64,000 nt of DNA. Origin: Epithemia pelagica. Its lineage: Eukaryota; Protista; Bacillariophyta. Within the stretch, counting starts at the first letter, position 1, and each line of letters begins with the position of its first letter. Shown piece by piece: positions 53,182 to 61,022 of the stretch. Below the pieces are notes generated by a model. It was given only the letters and a program-made list of their open reading frames with translations, ran no database searches and was not told where the DNA came from. The position numbers and the translations under genes are program-made. The stretch is from assembly GCA_946965045.2 (NCBI GenBank), contig OX337242.1, positions 2,666,001 through 2,730,000 on the forward strand, in the 5' to 3' direction.

Positions 53182-55402
53182 ATGGCACCATCAACAAGAA
53201 GTGGAAGATCCACAACAAGTGGAAGATCCACAACAAGTGGAAACCGGCAACGACGTCGACGCAACAACACCAGCGGAGAATCACAACAACAACAACAAGA
53301 AGGAGCTGCTGCTGCTGTGTCTATTTCTTCTACGGGAAGCGACGTTCATTCGGCAAACAGCACTCGGAGTGAGCTTCGTCCAAGAATCCGAAACGGCGAA
53401 GGTGTGCCAGATTTCATTTACAAGAAGTTGATTCAAGAGGTTGTGGAGACTCTTGGGAAGCATTCCTTCCAACGCTGCCCCTCCTTCAACGCGCAACTGT
53501 TCGAGCAGACGTGTGGTGGCCTAGAGAAGCCACGTCAAGCATACAAGGGCCTTCGCACAGCCTTCTTGAAGGACCCGGTGCAGTTTTGTGCAAAGCACAG
53601 TGCCCAACTTGTCGGGATACGTCTCCCTCCTGCAGCAGCACTTCAAGCTGCCCTGCAGAGCTCGCAAGTTCCCACGGAGATTCCTGTTGGAGAAGAAGAC
53701 CGTTCTGTCGTCGACGACGAGTCACGGCTTTCCTCGGAGAACTACGAAAACACAAATCCTACCGAAAACACACAAGAACACAACAACCTCTCAACTAACA
53801 ACCACCGCACATCCATCCTCCGTAGCAACAACACAAACACACCAGCGGCAGAAAACAACAACAACAACAACAACAACAATATGTCAGGTCTGGAAGAGCA
53901 GTTTGCCGACATGACATTGGGAGGTCAGCGCTGCGAACCTGGTAAGTTGATTGTTGCATCGGTGTTTGTTGCTTGTGACCATTGCTCACGATGCTGCAAC
54001 TTGCTCTTTTTTCAGACCAAACCTTCAAATGGACGCCTCACCAAACAACTTACGGAAAATTCTACATCCAAGTCAAAGAGGCGTCCCAGTATGATATTCG
54101 TAGCTCCAATAACATCCTGCTTGACTCCAAGCTCATCACGGCGATAAAAGTGTTTTGCGGATCTCCCATTGCTCCGGAGGACTTTGCAAACGGGCTCTTC
54201 GGCGGTCAGATTTCCTCGGTGCGCAAAAATGTTTTGCTTCTTCGCACACCCAAGCTCTCGCATGATTTGATGCAGGACGTTGGCCAATTTTATTCAGGGG
54301 CCAACATGGCCGACGGTGGTTCGACTGCATTGCATGAAGCGAACGCAGCCTTATACAACGATAGTCGACGATCCTCCGTTCAAACGAAAACGGACGTGAC
54401 AGCAATCGAGTTCCCCGACAACTTTGTGCTCACCAATTTGTTTTTCAATGAGAGCGAGGTGGCGTCGACCGAGGGGACGCTCTTCACACGCTTGACGCGC
54501 AAGGACCTTCAGATGGTCGATGAGGCGGACGACGGAGAGATGGGTCAAGCAACTCAATACTCCCTCTTTTATGTCCATTGGACATTGACAAACCGTGCGG
54601 CCGAGCGCCAACGCACTGTTCCAAATGCTCGTCAGGGTCGTGCTGGTCGCTTGAACCAGCTCTTTGCGTAAGTCTCCTCAAGAAAGTGTTTGATTGTTTG
54701 ATAATGCGGCGTCGATAGTCTTCCTAGCATTATAGCATCCTCATTGAAATCACCAATCGGTCTTTCACTGTTCTTTTTCGTAGGTATCGCATAGTTGGTA
54801 GTGACCACGCCCACTCCAACGACAACAACAACGAGGGCGGTGGTCATGGGGCCCACAACGGCGACAACAACAACAACAACGAAGGCGGTGGTCACGGTTT
54901 CCACAATTCACACAGCATTGCCAACCACAACGGCCACCTCAACCACGAGAACAACGAGGGTGGTGGTCAAGCTAACAGCAACGACCAACACAACAACAGT
55001 GTCCTCCACTGGGGCCATCATCACGATGACAACAACAACAATACTCGCAACATTCATCCCTTTGCGCAGCCCCCCATTGACGCCAACCCATCTTGTATTG
55101 TGGAGCAGGTGCCAATGGTACCATTTGAAGCTGTTGCAGCACCAATCAACGATTCATTCATGCGTGAGAGCACCACACCAATTGGCCTGCCACGAGCGAA
55201 TGGAAAGCGAATTGTTGTTGATAGCTCCGATCGAGCACAAACCCAAATGAATCCGCAGAACGAATCGCAATCCAATGCAGGAGATGACCATCTTGCAGAA
55301 ATGATGCCATTTCGGGAGGAGGGAGAATGTGAAGAAGAGATTGTCTTTGACAATCACAATGGTGATGCCTGGGACAACGATTTTGTCGATCCCGATATCT
55401 AG
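53182..55402 (+). CDS. Harb-2 accessory ORF-B, ~676 aa. Exons 53182-53941, 54016-54667, 54784-55402; His/Asn/Gly-rich C-terminal exon
   Basis: Introns 53942-54015 (GTAAGT..CAG) and 54668-54783 (GTAAGT..TAG) splice in frame. Total CDS is 2031 nt, divisible by 3. Confidence 0.72.
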
Positions 55403-55504
55403 AGGGTGAAGCATCACCTGATTCCGTACGAGTAAGCATAAATCGTCAGTAGCTAGTAAAACCCCGATTCTCTTACTAAGTAGTTATTGGCAGATATCTA
55501 CGCT

Positions 55505-56480
55505 CTACACATCAAATAATGGCTCATCCATTTGGATGGAATATTGCACAAGAGCAGCACATGCTTTAAAGCAAAGGCCATGCTTATGTAGTTTGTTGCG
55601 TTTGCCACGAAATCGCTGCCTCAAAACACCGTAGTCCGTCAAGCGCTTGTTGATTGTTTCATGTCGATTCAAACAGCGCTGCTTGAAGATTTTTGTTGCG
55701 TTGTCATCTTCATCGTTTACAACAACCAACTTTTCTCTCTCCTCATCTGCCTTGTAGAGAAGGTCCCCAAGGACCTTCTTGCCATCTGGAATCATATTCT
55801 TGACCTTATCACGAAACATCGTGAGGTCATTGGTCGACGCTTGAAAGGGCCCGTTGATCGAGAGGATCTCGCTTGTGTAAATTGAAACTACTACCTCATA
55901 TGCCACAGCTGCATGCTTGATCTTGTGTGAGAACATTGAGTCTGTGAAATTCACAAACTCATCGATGGGGAAATGCACACCATCGACAGTGGCAAAAATT
56001 ATGTAGGGAGAAAGAGGCACCCCTGGTGGTGGATTGTTACTGAAACGGTCTGGCCATATAATCTAAACAAGAAGAACAACAACAAAAGGTGAGATACATT
56101 TAATGCAGAAGCGTGAAGCCAAGTGAACTGTTTCTTACCTTTTGTGCAGCAAGGTCAGCAATCTTGCCAACGAAATACCAACTCTTCACAGAAACATTCT
56201 CCTCTCTTGTCCTAAATGTACCCGCATGGACAGCCTCCGTTGGGTAGGCCTTCAAGAAATGAAGACCCCACAAAAAGTGTGTTGGGTTGGCCTTGTTTTC
56301 AGGGACAGGTGGATTCTCTCCACTGACCAAATCCTCCCACACCATCGCTGTTATAAGTGGCCCATGGCCAAACCATGCCCTGTATCGCATGTTGTCCTTC
56401 GTGCGATCGCGAGCACCCCCAAACCCAGCTACCGTCAGCCCCATGTTGAAAAATTCGACATCTGTTATCGCGTTTGCCAT
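55505..56480 (-). CDS. Harbinger/IS5-like DDE transposase (Harb-2), exons 56480..56139 and 56062..55505
   Basis: Motifs TVDGVHF, FSHKIKHAAVAYEV, VLGDLLY, RHETINKRL; 76-nt intron at the same position as in Harb-1. Confidence 0.92.
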
Positions 56481-56534
56481 CGTTTAGAAACCAGATTTTT
56501 TTGTGATGATAGTAACACGACGTTGGGAATTGGG

Positions 56535-56660
56535 AGTCATTCCGAGAGGCATTGAGTCATTCCGAGATCCGAGAGGCCCATGCATACATCAACAACATGA
56601 GAAGAGAGGCAGGTAGTCATTCCGAGAGGCCCATGGATATTGACATAGTCATTCCGAGGA
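56535..56660. repeat. Four copies of AGTCATTCCGAG upstream of the Harb-2 transposase
   Basis: Copies near 56535, 56555, 56614 and 56647, several extended by AGGCCCA. Confidence 0.85.
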
Positions 56661-56694
56661 CAATCAAGCCACATCCTCATTGGGCATTTTGTGG

Positions 56695-56818
56695 TGGTGT
56701 CGTGGTAGAGTCGCGGTAGTGTAAAAAGGTAGTGTGGTAGCGTGCGACTCTACCACGGTAGTGTGGACACTACCGCGGTAGTGTGTGACTCTACCTAGGT
56801 AGTGTCGTGGTAGAGTCA
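56695..56818. repeat. Right subterminal array of CTACC-NN-GGTAG / GGTAG motifs in Harb-2
   Basis: CTACCACGGTAG, CTACCGCGGTAG, CTACCTAGGTAG and GTGGTAGAGTC units. Confidence 0.85.
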
Positions 56819-57111
56819 TTTTTTGTATCAAAAACCGAAACCGAAAACCAAAACGCATTTCAAAAACAAGATTGAAAAATCCGCGGAGGTGCATCCTAAA
56901 ATCTATATTTTTGTGGAAAAATGGCGAAACTACCAAAAAAAGGGAAACTTCCAGACTGTGTAGGTAGTTCGTCTCACATTTCTATACTACAGTAGGAATT
57001 TTTTGTACAACCGGGAAATAGTTTCGTGCGAGTCGCGCGGTTTCCCCCTCGTGTGTGACGCTTGTGCGACACTTGTGCGACACTTTGTGACATGGCTTCC
57101 AGGAATTTCTC

Positions 57112-57334
57112 ACTACCTACACAGCTTGATAGGGAGTAAGTTTACTACTTCCCTTTGTCTGGCCGTCCTCTCGCGTCGGGCGCGCCCGGCTTGTCGGGAG
57201 AATGACTCGACGGGCAATTGTCTTGTCGGGCGTGCGCCCTCCTCGACCATTGCCCTCCTCGTCATTCTACCCTCCGCGCCGGGCGGTCCCTCCTTGAAAG
57301 GACTCAACACCGGGAAGTATTAATACTACCTACT
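57112..57334. repeat. GC-rich ~200-bp element bracketed by ACTACCTAC direct repeats; its right half is duplicated at 25800..25899
   Basis: ACTACCTAC at 57112-57120 and 57325-57333; 100-bp inverted match elsewhere in the window. Confidence 0.65.
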
Positions 57335-57512
57335 AGAACCGGAAGGAGCAGCAGCAGGCAGACAAAGACACACTCCCGCAAATAAGCAAGGACCGTATTG
57401 TGGGTTGCCTTCCAGGTTTTGGGCAGGATCTATTGTTCTATCCCTGTGGTTCCTGTAGTAGGATGTTTCGTGGTTCCTAGTTCTCCGGCTCTACTATAGC
57501 GTGGTTGTAGAT

Positions 57513-59226
57513 CTATTCTACGTAGATGGAGGAATGACAAACCAACCCAGTGGTGGTGGTTGGGATTCCCCCTCGTTTACATGGCGGCGGCGGCAGCCAT
57601 GGCCTCGTCGCCCTTGGCCATCCATCGAGCAAAGCGACGAGCGGAAAACTCACCTGCGTGGAAACCTTGCGCAACCACCGCTGTTGATCCTCGATTGAGA
57701 TTGGCTGTGTTTTCCTGGATTTCTTGTGGTGGGTGGCTCTTGTCTTTGGGGTGTTGCCGCCCAATGACGAACTCGATTCCTCCAGGGACGACAGGGATTC
57801 GGACCATTGGTGTTCTTGTTGTTGTTCTTGTTGTTGTCGATGTTGGCGTTGGTTGTACAAGGCCAATTTGCGTTGCATGGTCAAGACGGCTTGAACGGTA
57901 TCCTTACGACTCTCGCCCAAGGACGGTGCCATGTACCGTTCCAATCCACGAATTGTGATACTGCTGGAACCATCCTTCTCGTCGTGGGTGTTGTGATCGC
58001 GGGCCACCACACGGGGGGTAGTGAACGAGGGTGGTGCCAGAGCCATGATGCTCTCGTCTGTTTCCGGATCTTGTTGGTTCCACTCGTGAACTGGACTTGT
58101 ACTATCCTCTTGTTGTGGACCATTCGAGTCATTACTCTCGAACCGATCTTGTTGTTCTTGTCCGAAGGACCCCCTTCTCTGCTGCTGGTGATGCCGTCTG
58201 TCTGCTTCCTGTGCTGGTTCTGATGCTACTGATTGGTGGTCCTCTCCTTCTTATTGTTCTTCTTCCTCCAATTCCAAGTCAAATTGGGAACTTGCGGCCG
58301 ATCCCATGGAGGAATAGGACATGCTCAAGGAATCATTGTAGAGGGAATCATAACAGCTCTTGTTATTGCTCGTGGTGGGACCCCTGCCGCTTGCGGTCAT
58401 TCCCATGGAGGAACAGGACAAGTTCAAGGAATCATTGTAGAGAGACGAACGATAACTGTTGTTGTTGTTGCTCATGGTGGGACCCCGGCCACTTGCGGTT
58501 GATCCCATGGAGGAACAGGACAAGTTCAAGGAATCATTGTAGAGAGAACAATAATAACTATTGTTGTTGCTCGTGGAGGTCGGCCACCTGCGGTCGATCC
58601 CATGGAGGTACAGGAATCATTGTAGAGGGAATCATAGCTATTGCTCGTGGTGGTGGTGGTGGTGGGATCCCTGTGGTCCGGTTCTGGTTCTTCCAAAAGG
58701 TCATTGATAGGACTGGTACTGTCAGAGGCACTCCAGGCCGACAAGGATGCGAGTGAATCGTTCCAGGACTCTGATGGTGACAGACTACTAGTACTGATTC
58801 GAAAGGAGGAGTGGTCGTGGTCCTGCATGCTCTGGTCGGAAGGAGAAGCAAGGTCCTCTGCATGGAGTCCTCCTCGCTTCCCTCCACGTTTCTTTCATCA
58901 TCTTCTTCTTCTTGTGGTGGTGCTCCTTCGTCTTGGTGTTGTTCTTGTTGTTTGTTGTGTTGTCGTTCTTTTTCTTCTTGTCGTTGTTCGTACGAAAAGA
59001 CATGATGAAGCGCCTGGGAATACGAGAGGCGAGTTTCTTCTCGGTCTTGCGTTTCACGTGGCTGCTGATGTGGTGCCGACAACGACGAATGATCTTGTCG
59101 ACAATACAAGAGGTACTGCGCCACTTGTGGGTCGTTGTGGACGGCTTGCCAGGCTTGGTGGCGAGCCGTTTGTTGCATGGTTTGCAATTCAGCCTTGGTC
59201 CAATACAAAAACCAAGGAGGAGGATG
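57513..59226 (-). pseudogene. Host gene of the RGLE-domain family, cut at its 5' side by Copia-C and carrying frameshifts and a stop; four ~99-bp Ser-rich repeats
   Basis: Fragments WTKAELQTM, IRGLERYM..RKDTVQAVLTMQ and LRKVSTQVS lie in different frames. The CCCATGGAGG repeat occurs at 58303, 58402, 58504 and 58599. Confidence 0.7.
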
Positions 59227-59460
59227 TGTTGGAAGATCCCCGTTGCCGCCTGGCGCATTCGGAACCAGGGGGGACATCTCCCGTGCGTAAGGGTTTCCCC
59301 CATGACCCACGTCACCATTTGACACTATTCACTGACGACCCTCATACGTCAGCACCATTTGCACCCATAGCGTAACATGACCATACCTATAATTTACTCA
59401 ATCCCCTTTTACGAAACTAGTTGGCCCTTTTAATCGGCAGTGACCACGGTTAAAACAACA
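59227..59460 (+). repeat. 5' LTR of Copia-C (~234 bp)
   Basis: TGTTG...CAACA termini; shares GGGGACATC, CACGTCA, TATAAT and CCCCTTTTA blocks with the Copia-A LTR; partner LTR lies outside the window. Confidence 0.78.
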
Positions 59461-59474
59461 CGCTTCCTCTGCGC
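59461..59474 (+). promoter_or_regulatory. Primer-binding site of Copia-C, complementary to the D-arm of initiator tRNA-Met
   Basis: CGCTTCCTCTGCGC immediately after the LTR CA; identical to Copia-A. Confidence 0.7.
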
Positions 59475-59546
59475 GATAACTGTGACCTTTCATAAGAAAA
59501 ACTCACCGATTTGTGCCGTGAACTACTTTCAGGAGAGCAAGAGAAC

Positions 59547-60950
59547 ATGGGAGACGCGGCTGGAGCAGACGCCCAAGCACTCGTTCAAGCCTTGAACAAT
59601 GCATCCGTTGCGATCCAGAACGCAATAGCGCAAGCAGCTGCCGGACCAGGAGCACCAGCTGCAGGACCATTCCTCCGTACTCCCTTGCGAGCTGGGATTG
59701 CAAACACCCTGGATTTTAGCACGAAAGAAGGCAGGAAGTACTACGAACAGGCAACGAGATCCTTATTCTCGACCGACGAGAAGTTTGATGTAGAGCCAGG
59801 CAGGTTCCAACTATTCGTGAACCTACTCCATACGCGGGCTCGCGACCTCGGAATGCTCGAGAACGGAGCCAACTGCATGGTAACAGTTCCGGCACATCCA
59901 GGCGGAGTCGCACCGCCAGCTGTCAACATGATCACGGATTATGGACGCTTGACGTTGGAGGAAATCAGGGCCTACGAAACGACATTCATCGGACAGAACA
60001 CCAGGAACTCGCAGAACTCCAAGATGCTTCATGACTTAATCATGAACTCACTCTCACCAACCGGTATTCAACGTATCCAAATTTGGACGAATGAGACCAA
60101 GGTGAATGGGGAAGATGCAGGAGGATGCCTCTTCAAGGTCGTGATTCGCGAGAGTTACCTTGACTCTAACGCGACTGTCACAACGTTGCGACTGAACCTA
60201 ACGAACCTCGATCGCTACATCGAGACGAACGGGTCCGATATCGTCGCCTTCAACGCCTACGTGCAGAGTCAAGTTGACGGGTTGGCATCTAGAGGACATA
60301 CATCACTAGACCTAATCGTTAACTTGTTTAAAGGCTACAAGGCCGTCAAGGACGACCGTTTTCAGGATTATATCCAAAAGATTGAAGATGGCCATGAAGA
60401 CGGTTCAAATATCATCACGAGCGCAAACGAATTGATGGTTCGCGCCGTCAACTTCTACAAGAAGCAAGTGACGCGCGACGAATGGGAGCAACCAACCCAG
60501 CACCAAAAGGAGGTACTGGCTCTCCAGGCCGAGGTACTCCACCTCAAAAAGCAGTCCAGCAAGAACAACGCGGACAAGGCAAAAGGAAAAGATGGAGTCC
60601 ACAAGAAAGGCACCAAAGCAAAACTGGAGAACACCAAGCAAAAACCCGAGCGACCAGGTTGGCTCAAGGACCACACGAAGCCAAAACAGGAAAGCCTGAC
60701 AAAGTACCGCACATGGAATGGCACCAAGTGGTACTGGTGCGATGAAGCCACAGGCGGCAAATGTGGTGGCAAGTGGAGGACCCACAAGCCGGCGGATTGC
60801 AAAGGGTATGCGAAAACAGCACCGAAAACGTCGAAAACGGACGCAAAAGAAGAAAAGAAGAAGAAAGATGCTCTGAAGATGGCCGTGGCGCATGAGACAC
60901 TGGTCGAGAGCATGGAGGACGAGCAGGAGGACTCCGATTACGAATCGTGA
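59547..60950 (+). CDS. gag: Copia-C Gag (~467 aa)
   Basis: Intact ORF with an atypical C-x7-C-x6-H-x4-C knuckle. Confidence 0.92.
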   Translation: MGDAAGADAQALVQALNNASVAIQNAIAQAAAGPGAPAAGPFLRTPLRAGIANTLDFSTKEGRKYYEQATRSLFSTDEKFDVEPGRFQLFVNLLHTRARDLGMLENGANCMVTVPAHPGGVAPPAVNMITDYGRLTLEEIRAYETTFIGQNTRNSQNSKMLHDLIMNSLSPTGIQRIQIWTNETKVNGEDAGGCLFKVVIRESYLDSNATVTTLRLNLTNLDRYIETNGSDIVAFNAYVQSQVDGLASRGHTSLDLIVNLFKGYKAVKDDRFQDYIQKIEDGHEDGSNIITSANELMVRAVNFYKKQVTRDEWEQPTQHQKEVLALQAEVLHLKKQSSKNNADKAKGKDGVHKKGTKAKLENTKQKPERPGWLKDHTKPKQESLTKYRTWNGTKWYWCDEATGGKCGGKWRTHKPADCKGYAKTAPKTSKTDAKEEKKKKDALKMAVAHETLVESMEDEQEDSDYES

Positions 60951-61022
60951 CTCCTATGGAGAGGGTGGAAAACAGTAACAACATTAGTAACGCTGATCTT
61001 GTACATGTACACCACTCTCTCC
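60948..61022 (+). promoter_or_regulatory. Candidate stop-codon readthrough signal of Copia-C: UGA-C plus downstream stem-loop
   Basis: TGA at 60948-60950. After a 7-nt spacer, GGAGAGGGUGG (60958-60968) pairs 11/11 (one G-U) with CCACUCUCUCC (61012-61022). Confidence 0.75.

Larger units (their letters stand above)
51646..56951. mobile_element. PIF/Harbinger DNA transposon (Harb-2, ~5.3 kb) with perfect 22-bp TIRs and three genes
   Basis: GAAGTTTCCCTTTTTTTGGTAG (51646-51667) is the reverse complement of 56930-56951. Flanks are CTG (left) and CAG (right). DDE transposase inside. Confidence 0.9.

Noticed and set aside
54795-55250. Thr-rich mucin-like 151-aa ORF
   Set aside because: Alternative frame of ORF-B exon 3; only the His/Asn/Gly frame has a matching acceptor and phase
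58558-59325. 255-aa ORF as an intact gene
   Set aside because: Chimeric: its first ~33 codons are antisense Copia-C LTR and its last third is out of frame with the host protein
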